This document shows, piece after piece, positions 27,852 through 37,899 of a DNA stretch of 61,635 bases. The stretch is from the NCBI GenBank assembly GCA_009785795.1, contig WQVN01000003.1:1-61635 (forward strand). Reading direction: 5' to 3'. This DNA comes from Coriobacteriia bacterium (GTDB taxonomy: Bacteria; Actinomycetota; Coriobacteriia; WRKU01; WQUG01). Position 1 is the first letter of the stretch. Each line of letters opens with the position of its first letter. A program made the translations under genes and the position numbers. Under the pieces are notes generated by a model. That model saw only the letters and a program-made list of their open reading frames with translations. It was not told the origin of the DNA and made no database searches.

Positions 27852-29183
27852 TTAGTCGCTCGGATTACCCCGCGCTTGCCAGCGAGCAAGTTCATCGCGA
27901 TCAAAGTTTACGTGACAGGTTTCACACCATTGTATGTCCGCGTGACATCTGGTACATGAATCGCCACCGACTTCACGTGCGGCATCAGCATGTTGAATCC
28001 ATTCCCAGTTTACCCGTGGGTCGAATTCCCAGCCAGTGATATATTCCTCTCTGTGGTGACAGGCACTACAAGTGTCTCCAGCGCTTGTGCCTGCCAAATC
28101 ACCTGCGGCAGCAGGAGTATTGTTCACTGGTGATATCGTATGACAGATTTCACATGAATCTGGATAGTTGGTAGCATCATCAATGTGCGGTTGCAGCAAA
28201 TAGCCATCTGGGTGAGGCATTGGAAGTCCACCGTGACAGTCATCACAGAAACGCGTCGTATGACAGGTATAGCAGTAGTTAACTGCACGAACAGAAGGTA
28301 CCTGATCAAGCGCCATTGAATAAGGGTCGGTACGTCCCGTCATGTCGTTATAGGTATCAAGTGGCCCAGCGATAAAATTATCAATGGATTCAACAATATC
28401 TATGTACCATGGTCCATGAATGTCTTCGACAAAGCGAGGTACATTGTGGTTATCTGGCACCAGTTCAAAGTTGTCAGTGTGACAAATGTAGCACTCGCCT
28501 GTTGCACCAGGAAACTCGCCAATAGGATACGGAGTGGTTACACGCTGACCATCGTCTTCTTCAAAGCGGTGACAGCGATAGCAGGCTGTCATCAGCATAA
28601 AGCAGTCGTGGAATTGTGAATCGTGCAGTTCGGGAGGATATGCTGGCCAGATTGGCTGCCAGTCATTTATAAGCTCATTGTGTCCTACACGGTTGTGACA
28701 TGCAGTACAAGTGATGTACAAATCAGTGTGTGCGGCATGATCCATGATGATGCCCGGGCTGGTGAGTGTTTCGCGATTCTCCAACCGGTGACACTGCGTA
28801 CAGTACTTGCTAGGTAATTCCTTAGGATCCATCGCTACCCAGCTGGTTGCATTAATGGGCATCTCTACTGTTCCCATTATCGTCTTTGGCAGCGAAGTCA
28901 TAGCCCCTGCTTTAAAGATGATAAAGTCAATAGGATTGCCACCGGGCTGCTTATGACATGCGATACAGGCTACTCCTGTATGCGTTGAGTTGTCATAAGA
29001 ACTTACGGTATCTGCCTGTGGATAGTGACATACTGCAGCACAGAACCAATAGGTTGTTGTTACTGCAACCGCGATTGCAATTACAAGCATCAGACCAGTA
29101 GCTACTGTACCTGTCCAGATGATTGCGCGTGCGCGGGTACGCTTATTCTTAAAAGCGTCTACAATTGCACGAATCAGTTTCAT
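27852..29183 (-). CDS. membrane-anchored multihaem c-type cytochrome (11 CXXCH motifs plus one CX3CH)
   Basis: An N-terminal TM helix is followed immediately by FCAAVCH. The remaining motifs are CIACH, CTQCH, CTACH, CYRCH, CYICH, CYTCH, CDDCH, CEICH, CSACH, CTRCH and CETCH, all within 443 aa. Confidence 0.85.
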   Translation of the reverse strand: MKLIRAIVDAFKNKRTRARAIIWTGTVATGLMLVIAIAVAVTTTYWFCAAVCHYPQADTVSSYDNSTHTGVACIACHKQPGGNPIDFIIFKAGAMTSLPKTIMGTVEMPINATSWVAMDPKELPSKYCTQCHRLENRETLTSPGIIMDHAAHTDLYITCTACHNRVGHNELINDWQPIWPAYPPELHDSQFHDCFMLMTACYRCHRFEEDDGQRVTTPYPIGEFPGATGECYICHTDNFELVPDNHNVPRFVEDIHGPWYIDIVESIDNFIAGPLDTYNDMTGRTDPYSMALDQVPSVRAVNYCYTCHTTRFCDDCHGGLPMPHPDGYLLQPHIDDATNYPDSCEICHTISPVNNTPAAAGDLAGTSAGDTCSACHHREEYITGWEFDPRVNWEWIQHADAAREVGGDSCTRCHADIQWCETCHVNFDRDELARWQARGNPSD

Positions 29184-29428
29184 TTCTTTTCCCCATATCG
29201 TAGATCATTACTGCCTACATGATATGCCTGTTCATACATGCATTAGGTTAAGTACGACAAACATACCACGTTTAAGTTTACTAGACATCGCACAGGCTCA
29301 CAACATAAATTCATCACATTTTTAACCACTTCGCTACATTTTTTATCGCTCCTAGCAGCACAAACCTCTCTTTTGATTAAAAATCTGCCCATCTCGCCAC
29401 ATCCTGAAAGCACTTTGTGCGACAGAGA

Positions 29429-29437
29429 TGGTATAGT
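29429..29437 (+). promoter_or_regulatory. candidate extended -10 element (TGgTATAGT) for the NIF3-like gene
   Basis: TGGTATAGT lies 54 nt upstream of the ATG at 29491, in a 307-nt divergent intergenic region. Confidence 0.25.
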
Positions 29438-29490
29438 AGGCAAAGACAAAACATCGTGTTGTGAACCTTCGAAATGCAAGAAAGGCCACT

Positions 29491-30441
29491 ATGAAGCTTA
29501 AAGAAATACATACCTTGGCTGTTGAACTGGGCAAGGAAAATGATCCGCGCAGTGCAGATGCTGTTAAGCGCACTCTGCGCCTGGCACAGGAAGAATTTGA
29601 TGCCCTGTCAGACGAAAAGAAAGTTGACTTCGACCAGGAAAGACTGACTAACCCCTACAGCGATGCGCGTATCCTTGCGGGCGATCCAGATCGTGAGATC
29701 CGCGGACTTATCGCAGGTGTTGACATGGAGGTCGGCGAAGTCATGCTAGCTGATAGGCTGCGCGAAAAAGGTGAGCCTATTGACTTAGTCATGTCTCATC
29801 ACCCCGAAGGCAAGGCATTGACTGGTCTTGCAGAAGTCATGAAGCTTCAGGAAGACATCTTGCATATGTGGGGCGTACCCATTGCTGCCGCAGAAGGCAT
29901 TATGGGCAAGCGCATCAAAGAAGTAGAGCGCGGCATCTGGCCCGTCAATCACAATCAGGCAGTTGATGCAGCCAATCTGCTGGACTTGGCATATATGAGC
30001 ACCCATACCCCCGCAGATAACATGGTGACAACCTTTTTGACTAATCACTTAGAGAGTAAAACTCTCGACACTATGGGTGAGGTCGTAGAAGCAATTAGAG
30101 AAATACCAGAGTACGCCCAGGCCGCAAAAATTGGTGCTGGCCCAAACATCTTGCTGGGCAGTGACAGGGCGCGCGTTGGCAAACTGGTCGTAGAGATGAC
30201 CGGTGGAACCAGCGGATCAGAGGACGCCTATGAACGTCTCAGTGCTGCAGGCGTCAGTACTATGGTGCAGATGCACATGGGCGATAAGCACCGCAAAATG
30301 GCAGAAAAGTACAACATTAACGTCATTATTGCAGGACACATCGCAAGTGATGCGGTAGGCATGAACCTCATTCTTGACCAAATCGAGGCAAACGGAGTCA
30401 AGGTCTACACCTGTAGCGGCATCACTCGCGTCAAGCGATAA
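29491..30441 (+). CDS. NIF3-like dinuclear-metal-centre protein (DUF34 / GTP cyclohydrolase 1 type 2 family)
   Basis: SHHPEG and THTPADN metal-binding-like motifs and a C-terminal GHIASD. ATG at 29491 has GAAAGG upstream. Confidence 0.65.
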   Translation: MKLKEIHTLAVELGKENDPRSADAVKRTLRLAQEEFDALSDEKKVDFDQERLTNPYSDARILAGDPDREIRGLIAGVDMEVGEVMLADRLREKGEPIDLVMSHHPEGKALTGLAEVMKLQEDILHMWGVPIAAAEGIMGKRIKEVERGIWPVNHNQAVDAANLLDLAYMSTHTPADNMVTTFLTNHLESKTLDTMGEVVEAIREIPEYAQAAKIGAGPNILLGSDRARVGKLVVEMTGGTSGSEDAYERLSAAGVSTMVQMHMGDKHRKMAEKYNINVIIAGHIASDAVGMNLILDQIEANGVKVYTCSGITRVKR

Positions 30442-30460
30442 AGCTCGTTCTTTAAGACGA

Positions 30461-30492
30461 AAAGAGGGCGCCCATTTTTGGACGCCCTCTTT
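30461..30492. terminator. bidirectional hairpin terminator between convergent genes
   Basis: 10-bp stem aaagagggcg / cgccctcttt with a 12-nt loop, flanked by T-rich sequence. It lies between the NIF3-like stop (30441) and the permease stop (30582). Confidence 0.6.
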
Positions 30493-30581
30493 CAATTTTT
30501 CTAAAGTCTCTTATGTCTTAAACGCAGGACTGCCTCGCTGTTGCTACGTGTGCATTTGGATTTTTCAACCCGACACCAAGT

Positions 30582-32024
30582 CTAGACATCTGACGTGCTC
30601 TCAACTTCAATCTCAGTCTTTTTGCGATAGTATAACAACCCTATCCCCATAACCACTGCAAAGAATGCAATGTAGAAGATTGCTGCTCCCATCTGAGTAT
30701 ATACGGCAGCGTAAATCAAGAAGCATGCGCCTGCTGTTGCTGCTGCAGGAGCAACAAAGCGGTTGAAGAATCCTAGTTCTTTTTGCTTAATCATGGTCAT
30801 AACAAAGACGGGAATAAGGAAGCTGTTCAAAGTAATGGGCACTAACCCTGCAATATCAAAGATTGCCACTCTTCCCCCACTGATATCAGAAAAGAATTCC
30901 CCATACCAACCAGTAAAGTTTGCTCCATAGATAACCATCCACGTAACTACCGAGAACAAGAAAAGAATCGCCGAGTTATTAGGCATGTTTGTTGCACGAT
31001 CAACCTGCGAGAAAAGATCGGGATTAAAGCCACTTCTCTTTGTGGCCAATGCATAAAAGAGCTTCTGTCCACCAATGGTTAGTCCGTTGAGTGTGCCCAA
31101 ACATGAAATGATTACAAATACAAAGAGTGCTGTACCCGCAAATTCGCTAAACAGATTCACAAATGCGTAGCGCACTCCTCCTGGTCCTGCAATGTACTCA
31201 AGCGGAGCAGCACCAAAGAGCCCTACAAAATAGGCAACATAGATAGCAATAATCACCAACATACCACCGACAAGTGCGATAGGCATATTTTTCTTTGGAT
31301 TCTTTACTTCGCCTGCAACATTAAGGACAGCTTCCCAGCCAATGTAGGCAAACACTGTCGCTACAAGGGCAACAAAGAAAGGATTAAAGCTTACTCCTGC
31401 CTCGGCTGCTGCCGCTGCAGATGGAGCAATAAAGCCTACGGAATTCAGATTGTCAAAGGTTACGCCATTGACAAGGCCCAGAATAGTACCTACGACACCC
31501 ATAACAATAAGGGGAATCACCTTGATTACCGTACAAGTGACGTGAAAGCGTGCCGCAAGTTTTGGACTCAGTGTTGTCATTGCAAATATTGCGATTAGGT
31601 AGAAAGCCGCCAACATATAGGTATAGCCACTAAATGATGGATCTACGTCCCAACCAAACAACACTACGGTAAAGCGTGCTGCCACCCATGCCAAGATTCC
31701 TGTGAGTGATGGAAAGAAGATAGTCGCAAGAAACCAGCCAAACAAATAGCCATATCGCCTGCCAAGCAACATTTCCGAAAGCCCCACTAATCCTGGATGC
31801 TCTGTATTGCGCACCGCCAAGGTCGAAAACACATAGGCAATGGTAAGAGTGATTAGGCCACCAATACCCCATGCAGCAACTCCGTACCACATGTTGTGTC
31901 CAATAGCAGCAAGAATTACTTCGTTCCGAAAAAAGATTCCACTACCAATTACCGTTCCAACAACCATACAGAAGGTCATCAAAACACCATACTTTTTTGT
32001 TAAAGTATTCGTACTTTTTTCCAT
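30582..32024 (-). CDS. APC-superfamily amino acid permease
   Basis: About 12 TM helices and an N-terminal GTVIGSGIFF motif typical of amino acid/polyamine/organocation permeases. The start MEKSTN is at 32024. Confidence 0.8.
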   Translation of the reverse strand: MEKSTNTLTKKYGVLMTFCMVVGTVIGSGIFFRNEVILAAIGHNMWYGVAAWGIGGLITLTIAYVFSTLAVRNTEHPGLVGLSEMLLGRRYGYLFGWFLATIFFPSLTGILAWVAARFTVVLFGWDVDPSFSGYTYMLAAFYLIAIFAMTTLSPKLAARFHVTCTVIKVIPLIVMGVVGTILGLVNGVTFDNLNSVGFIAPSAAAAAEAGVSFNPFFVALVATVFAYIGWEAVLNVAGEVKNPKKNMPIALVGGMLVIIAIYVAYFVGLFGAAPLEYIAGPGGVRYAFVNLFSEFAGTALFVFVIISCLGTLNGLTIGGQKLFYALATKRSGFNPDLFSQVDRATNMPNNSAILFLFSVVTWMVIYGANFTGWYGEFFSDISGGRVAIFDIAGLVPITLNSFLIPVFVMTMIKQKELGFFNRFVAPAAATAGACFLIYAAVYTQMGAAIFYIAFFAVVMGIGLLYYRKKTEIEVESTSDV

Positions 32025-32124
32025 CGTCTCTCTTCTCTGATCATAACGCATGCGCGATGGAGTGTAATACTCCAAGGCACACTCTAGCTAAGTAAAGCAA
32101 TCGTACGAGTGTAGCACAAAAATG

Positions 32125-34227
32125 CTAACGCTTGAACTGTTTGCGCCTGCGAGATTTTGCATGTGTACTGCCTTTGCGCACTCCAGTCCGTAGATTTGAG
32201 ATAATCTCGCCTTCTTCGCTTCCTTCAAGTTCTGTACGCAATCTTACTATCTGATCACGTAAACGTGCAGCTTCTTCAAAGTCAAGACCCGTGGCTGCCG
32301 CATGCATCTCTTCTTCCATTGCTGCCAATATGCGCAAGCCATCTTCTTTGGGCAGTTTTGCCAATTCGCGTACAGCGTCTTGTACGTCAGCACCCTCTTC
32401 TTCGTCGCTTTGAATAAAGCTTGAAATGTCTGCTACCGCACGGCGGATCGTCTGCGGCTCTATGCCATGTTGCTTGTTATAGGCAAGCTGTAAGTCGCGA
32501 CGGCGTTGTGTCTCATCAATCGCCTTGCTCATCGAATCAGTTGTGCGATCCGCATACATTAACACGCGCCCACTGACATTTCGTGCCGCGCGTCCAATCG
32601 TCTGAATCAGCGAACGATAGTTGCGCAGAAACCCTTCTTTATCTGCATCTAAAATCGCAACCAACGATACTTCTGGCAGGTCAATCCCCTCGCGCAGCAA
32701 GTTAATCCCCACTACGACATCGATTATTCCTTGGCGCAATTCGCGCAAAATATCAACACGCTCAAAAGTGTATATGTCAGAATGTAGATAACGAACCTTT
32801 ATCCCATGTTCAAATAGATGGTCAGTTAAATCTTCTGCCATCTTTTTTGTAAGTGTCGTCACCAACACGCGACCACCTGCTGCAATTTCAAGCTTGATCT
32901 CGTCGAGCAAGTCGTCGATCTGCCCCTGACTAGAACGTACCTCAACACGCGGGTCAACAAGTCCTGTTGGTCGAATAATCTGCTCAACTACCTGGTCACT
33001 AATGCTCACCTCATAGTCACCTGGAGTCGCAGACACATAGACAATCTGGTTAATCTTGCCTTCAAATTCGTCTGAGCGCAAGGGACGATTATCTAATGCC
33101 GTCGGCAAGCGAAAGCCATGCTCAATCAAGGTCATTTTTCGACTGCGGTCACCTTCATACATGCCCCGAATTTGAGGAACGGTCACATGGCTCTCGTCGA
33201 TAATCATCAAGAAATCATCAGGAAAATAATCAATTAGAGTCTGAGGGGGCTCCCCCACTGCACGCCCATCTAAATGCAGCGAATAATTTTCAATGCCCGA
33301 ACAAAAGCCCATGGTCTCAAGCATCTCTAAATCATAGGCAGTGCGCATCTTTAAGCGCTGCTCTTCCAATATTTTATTGTCAGCACGAAACTCTGCCAGA
33401 CGCAAATCAAGAGCTTCGCGAATCTCGCCAATCGCACGTGTCAGCTTTTTGCGCTCGGTGACATAATGACTTGCTGGCCATAGGGGCAATTCGTGGAATT
33501 CTCGCAGCACCTCACCTGTTAGACGATTTACTTCTGTCAGGCGCTCGACTTCATCGCCAAAAAATTCCACGCGATAAGGATTGTCAGCATAAGGCGGAAA
33601 AATATCAACAATTTCCCCACGCACACGAAAGGTTCCGCGCTCTGGCGCAAAATCATTACGGTCGTACTGCGTTTCGATTAAGTCAGCAATCATTTGGTCG
33701 CGCTCATAGGTAGCTCCTACTCGCAAAAAGACCGCCATTCCAGCGTAGTCTTGTGGAGAGCCTATTCCATAGATGCACGACACGCTTGCCACAATCACTG
33801 TATCGCGCCTAGAAAGCAGCGCCGCTGTTGCCGCATGACGCAACTTCTCGACTTCTTCATTGATACTTGCATCTTTCTCAATGAAGGTATCAGTCTGAGG
33901 CACATAGGCTTCAGGCTGATAATAGTCATAGTAAGACACAAAGTACATTACTGCAGCATCTGGCATGAAGTCCTTCAATTCTGCAGCGAGCTGTGCAGCC
34001 AAGGTCTTGTTGGGTGCCATGATTAGAGTAGGTCGCTGGACAGACTCTATCAACTTTGCCATAGTGAAGGTTTTGCCACTGCCTGTTACGCCCAGCAGGG
34101 TTTGTGTGCGCAAACCCTCTTCTACGCCAGTAGCGAGCTCTGCGATTGCACGCGGCTGATCTCCTGAAGGCTCAAAAGGTGATACAACCGTGATGGGATT
34201 TTTTGCACGCTGGAATTCTACAGACAT
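32125..34227 (-). CDS. uvrB: excinuclease ABC subunit B
   Basis: [10 protein letters not shown] Walker A, DESH box, helicase C motifs and a C-terminal UVR domain ([11 protein letters not shown]). Confidence 0.95.
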   Translation of the reverse strand: MSVEFQRAKNPITVVSPFEPSGDQPRAIAELATGVEEGLRTQTLLGVTGSGKTFTMAKLIESVQRPTLIMAPNKTLAAQLAAELKDFMPDAAVMYFVSYYDYYQPEAYVPQTDTFIEKDASINEEVEKLRHAATAALLSRRDTVIVASVSCIYGIGSPQDYAGMAVFLRVGATYERDQMIADLIETQYDRNDFAPERGTFRVRGEIVDIFPPYADNPYRVEFFGDEVERLTEVNRLTGEVLREFHELPLWPASHYVTERKKLTRAIGEIREALDLRLAEFRADNKILEEQRLKMRTAYDLEMLETMGFCSGIENYSLHLDGRAVGEPPQTLIDYFPDDFLMIIDESHVTVPQIRGMYEGDRSRKMTLIEHGFRLPTALDNRPLRSDEFEGKINQIVYVSATPGDYEVSISDQVVEQIIRPTGLVDPRVEVRSSQGQIDDLLDEIKLEIAAGGRVLVTTLTKKMAEDLTDHLFEHGIKVRYLHSDIYTFERVDILRELRQGIIDVVVGINLLREGIDLPEVSLVAILDADKEGFLRNYRSLIQTIGRAARNVSGRVLMYADRTTDSMSKAIDETQRRRDLQLAYNKQHGIEPQTIRRAVADISSFIQSDEEEGADVQDAVRELAKLPKEDGLRILAAMEEEMHAAATGLDFEEAARLRDQIVRLRTELEGSEEGEIISNLRTGVRKGSTHAKSRRRKQFKR

Positions 34228-34242
34228 ATTTATGTAAGCACT

Positions 34243-34866
34243 CTACCTTAAATCTGAATCCTGCAAACATGCTCGTAGCTTGCTGCGCAAATCATCCAGA
34301 TTGCCATCATTTTCAACTACGGTAGCCGCTTCTAACTGGTAAGCGCTAGCACGTGGCTGTCTGTCCATGCGCCTATCAGCATCTTCTGGACTAAAGCCAT
34401 CAGCAATCCCACGCAGTAGGCGTGTTTCCCTATCTGCTGTTACTGTCCATATCTGCGCGTCATTATCTGCATCTGTAAATATCTCTGACAGATAAATCAG
34501 AGGAAAGGGTGATTCAACAATCACAAGGTCTTGTGAGTCGCGGGCATCATTGAGCAGGTCGCGAGCATGTTCCATTGTAGGCGGATGTACCAGTGCGTTC
34601 AATTTTGCAGTAGCATCATCGTCTGCAAAGGCACATGCAGCAAGTGCGGCACGATCAAGGCTACTGTCCCTTAGCAAGATATTATCGCCAAAAGCTTCAG
34701 CTAATTTTTTGCGCAAAGCTAAATCTCCATCCAGGATATGGCGAGAAACTTCATCAAGGGCAATGATTTCAATTCGCAGACCACTACTGCGCAACGCAGC
34801 AGCAACTAAATGGGTAACTGTCGTTTTTCCTGACCCAAAAGGTCCTGTGATAGCAAGAATTTTCAT
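34243..34866 (-). CDS. coaE: dephospho-CoA kinase
   Basis: N-terminal ILAITGPFGSGKTTV P-loop, size about 200 aa, and the overall CoaE-like layout. Confidence 0.75.
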   Translation of the reverse strand: MKILAITGPFGSGKTTVTHLVAAALRSSGLRIEIIALDEVSRHILDGDLALRKKLAEAFGDNILLRDSSLDRAALAACAFADDDATAKLNALVHPPTMEHARDLLNDARDSQDLVIVESPFPLIYLSEIFTDADNDAQIWTVTADRETRLLRGIADGFSPEDADRRMDRQPRASAYQLEAATVVENDGNLDDLRSKLRACLQDSDLR

Positions 34867-34898
34867 AGCTGCAATTATAGGTCAAATAAGCGAGAAGC

Positions 34899-34925
34899 AA
34901 AAATGCGTCACCATGACGCATTTTT
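34899..34925. terminator. symmetric A/T-flanked hairpin
   Basis: 11-bp stem aaaaatgcgtc / gacgcattttt with a 5-nt loop. It is the second hairpin downstream of the pilin-like gene and could terminate in either direction. Confidence 0.5.
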
Positions 34926-34974
34926 ACCAAATTTCCGCCACATTTCCCAGATAAACAGAACTTCAGAAGAATTG

Positions 34975-35025
34975 AAAAATCCAGCTGCTAAGCGAAGTAA
35001 CCTAAAGTGCGCAGCTGGATTTTTT
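34975..35025 (-). terminator. rho-independent terminator of the pilin-like gene
   Basis: 14-bp stem aaaaatccagctgc / gcagctggattttt with a 22-nt loop. A T-run follows on the minus strand, 36 nt after the stop at 35061. Confidence 0.6.
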
Positions 35026-35060
35026 ACTACGATTGCCAAATATTGGCCATCTAGTGTGCA

Positions 35061-36278
35061 TTATGCTGCGACAGGTGTCACCTGATCCACATCAACAACG
35101 TGCTCTTTTTCGCTCTTTCTATCTACGTAAATCAGATAGACAAGGAACAACGCAATGACGGCACTTGCAACCATGATAAGGATAATCTGCATTGGATTTG
35201 CATAATCACCTGTTTTTGGACCCTCGCTGGGACGATTTTGACCTGGTGTTGTTCCACCACCTGTGGTGCCACCACCAGGAGTATCACCATCACGATCTGG
35301 GTCGCGGTCCGGATCAGGATCGGGGTCAGGATCTCTGTCACCTGGCTCACGATCATTGCTATCACCAGTGTATGTATTTATAAATGACATGGAACCTACT
35401 TGGCGATTCTCGTGATTTGTTACCACGCGACTCAAGCGCAAGCGACCACCTTCGTCATACACTGTATCGGTGATAGTGTAAACTGCCGTGTCAAAGGTAT
35501 AGTCCTCATTACCTGTATTAACTTCTGTAACTTCGTAAACAAATACACCTGCTTCAGTGTAGACCCACACGCCAAACTCAGTAGTGCCTGAACCAGTAAC
35601 CGTTACTTCTTTTACACCATTAGTGCTACCCTCTGGCATTGGATTGTCAGGGTTTTGCGCAGTAAGTCTAAAGGTAAAGGTGTAGGCTTCTGCAGGATTT
35701 CCCTGAACGGACTTAACAACAGGTGGATCAACCGGTATCATATCTCCCGGCTCAGTTGGCTGGAAGCCATATTCCTGATTAAAGATAACATCTACTTTTG
35801 GATCAACCGTTCCTGCACGCACTGCACGCACTTCAACGGTAAGCGTATTACCTGCAGCATTCCTTACATCAACAACCACCGTAAAGACCGCATCATCATA
35901 GACATATCCTGGTCTGCCAGAACCTGTAACAACGGTTTGGATGTCATAATAAAAGAGTCCTGCATGCGTAAAGGTAATCGGACCAACATTCACCGTCTCA
36001 GTACCTTCAATCGTAAATTGATAGCTGCCGCCAACGAGTCCCGAGGTTGAGACTGGCATAGGATTTGCAGGATCTTGTGGCGTCAACCTATAGGTAAACA
36101 CGCCATCGCTCCCCGCACCATCAGGTGCGTCAAATACTTGCCTGACAGGAATAGTGGTTGCAACTGATGCAGCAGACGCCGTTGCAGGAAGTGCAACAAG
36201 CAGAGTAGTGAAAGCAAACAGCATTATCACGGCTACAAGAGCGGTTTTTGTAAGCGATCTACTTTGCAGTATGTTCAT
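35061..36278 (-). CDS. cell-surface protein with two pilin isopeptide-linkage (FctA/Spy0128-like) domains and a C-terminal sorting signal
   Basis: Signal peptide, then two repeats of the pattern F.YRL.P....NPMP....G..YE...E...Y.YD..VY.V.V.V....KV.F.N.Y. Then comes a Pro/Asp/Gly low-complexity stalk, GPKTGD, a hydrophobic helix and a DRKSEKE tail. Confidence 0.75.
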   Translation of the reverse strand: MNILQSRSLTKTALVAVIMLFAFTTLLVALPATASAASVATTIPVRQVFDAPDGAGSDGVFTYRLTPQDPANPMPVSTSGLVGGSYQFTIEGTETVNVGPITFTHAGLFYYDIQTVVTGSGRPGYVYDDAVFTVVVDVRNAAGNTLTVEVRAVRAGTVDPKVDVIFNQEYGFQPTEPGDMIPVDPPVVKSVQGNPAEAYTFTFRLTAQNPDNPMPEGSTNGVKEVTVTGSGTTEFGVWVYTEAGVFVYEVTEVNTGNEDYTFDTAVYTITDTVYDEGGRLRLSRVVTNHENRQVGSMSFINTYTGDSNDREPGDRDPDPDPDPDRDPDRDGDTPGGGTTGGGTTPGQNRPSEGPKTGDYANPMQIILIMVASAVIALFLVYLIYVDRKSEKEHVVDVDQVTPVAA

Positions 36279-36375
36279 ACGTTTTTACCTCAACATCAAT
36301 AATAGTGACTGCACAACAATACGCTATAAATTTAACATCTCCAAATTTCGCACACGGAAATCTGTCGAGTTCAAA

Positions 36376-36404
36376 TTTATAGTGCTTCTAGTATACCGCC
36401 TCAA
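36376..36404 (-). promoter_or_regulatory. candidate sigma-70-type promoter of the pilin-like gene
   Basis: On the minus strand it reads TTGAGG, 17 nt, TATAAA, about 95 nt upstream of the ATG at 36278. Confidence 0.35.
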
Positions 36405-36479
36405 CACAAATTGTGTAAAGCTTCTCGCAGCAAAAAACTGTCTATTGGTTACTATTTTGGTGCAAATGCAGTGAGATTC

Positions 36480-37079
36480 TCACTGCATTAAGTCTTTCAA
36501 GCCCGCAAAGGGATGATTTGCATCCACCTCATCAGTACACTCACAATCTGCACCATTTAGATCCGTGCCACATTTCATGCAAAGCCCCTGGCAATCACTA
36601 TCACAAACTGACGCAAAGGGCAGCTCGACTAATAACGACTCTCGCAACAAGGGCTCAATATCAACCTTGCCACTGTCATCTATCACTGGATAAGGATCCC
36701 CGTGTTCATCCTCACTGGGCACGAAGAAAAAACTCTCGTCGACTGTTGATGCAAGATCAAACTCAAAGTCGTTCAAGCAGCGCACACAAGCAGTACGCAA
36801 CTGCGTCTGCAGTGTGCCTGCAGCGTGGACGCACTCTCCCACATTACTAAAGCTTATCTCATATCGAATAGGATCCACTGCCAAAAAGTCAATGTCGCCC
36901 AACCGTAGATGCGACAGGCCACTATCAGCACTTGTGGCATCTGCAGCAGCCTTCACAGCTTCCCCCGCATCAGACGCACAATCCGCCTTCACCGCAGCTG
37001 GTGGCACACTTCCCTCTATTGTCAGCGACGCTCCGACACCTTCTGTGGTGACGGAGCGCAAATCAATCAAAATGCTCAT
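36480..37079 (-). CDS. DUF177 (YceD-like) protein
   Basis: CVRCLNDFEFDL and C-terminal CDSDCQGLCMKCGTDLN...CEC cysteine motifs typical of YceD/YlbN. Confidence 0.8.
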   Translation of the reverse strand: MSILIDLRSVTTEGVGASLTIEGSVPPAAVKADCASDAGEAVKAAADATSADSGLSHLRLGDIDFLAVDPIRYEISFSNVGECVHAAGTLQTQLRTACVRCLNDFEFDLASTVDESFFFVPSEDEHGDPYPVIDDSGKVDIEPLLRESLLVELPFASVCDSDCQGLCMKCGTDLNGADCECTDEVDANHPFAGLKDLMQ

Positions 37080-37144
37080 TATGTTTGTACCTTACTCTAC
37101 TTCCAGCAAACAAATCTCATGTTTGCATGCTTCGTGCTTGATGC

Positions 37145-37600
37145 TTAGCGCTGCAAATTCTTGCCCTGCAAGCGATCACGTCCGCGCTGAACAGAAGTCA
37201 GCAACTTACTCATATTTACTTCCAAGTTGGCAAGCATCTCGTCGGCATAGTCTTCTGCGCCCAGACGAATTTCACGCTCGTTTGCGCGTGCTTCTTCCAT
37301 AATCTCGTGGGCGCGTGCCTCTGCTTCACGCACAACCTGAGTCTCGTTGACCAATTCACGTGCACGCTCCTGCGCTTCTTCAAGGATGCGATTTGCTTCA
37401 CGCTCTGCCTCTTCAGTCATTTCCTGACGTTGCTTAACAATCCAGCGAGCCTGCTTCAAGTCCTCTGGGTACTGGCTACGAATCTCGTCGATAATGTCAT
37501 AAACCGCATCTGGGTCAACCATCTTTGCGTTTGACAGTGGAACTGCCTTTGACGAGTCAATTAGTTCTTCAATACGATTAACTAATTGTTCAATGTCCAT
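37145..37600 (-). CDS. coiled-coil protein of unknown function (Glu/Arg/Ala-rich)
   Basis: 151 aa starting at MDIEQLVNRIEELI (ATG at 37600). The central part is highly charged and heptad-like. The 70 codons upstream in the tracked ORF look non-coding. Confidence 0.65.
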   Translation of the reverse strand: MDIEQLVNRIEELIDSSKAVPLSNAKMVDPDAVYDIIDEIRSQYPEDLKQARWIVKQRQEMTEEAEREANRILEEAQERARELVNETQVVREAEARAHEIMEEARANEREIRLGAEDYADEMLANLEVNMSKLLTSVQRGRDRLQGKNLQR

Positions 37601-37899
37601 ATCAAATCCAACCTTTTCTGTGAGCAAGCACTCAATCTGACCTGCTCTGCCTAGTCGCACATGTCCCCGCATTACACAAATTAGCGCAGAAACATACCCT
37701 TTTCTGTACACAGTTTTGTACGCACTACATAATAGCCCTACCTTTACTAAGTGCGGACACCACACACCCCATGTTTGCCATTTTGTTACATTAATAGCAG
37801 CAGAGTGCATTGGCAGAGTGCGCCCATTCCACGCATCTCTCCCAGACTACCTGTCGACTGCCTGCGAACCACTTGCAGACCGCTTATAAGCTACTTGCG

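Noticed and set aside
35230-35345. Short GATC-containing periodic DNA (ggatcagg-like units), considered as a possible CRISPR or VNTR
   Set aside because: It lies inside the pilin-like CDS and encodes the PDPDPDPDRDPDRD stalk. The units are too short and irregular for a CRISPR array, and there are no spacers.
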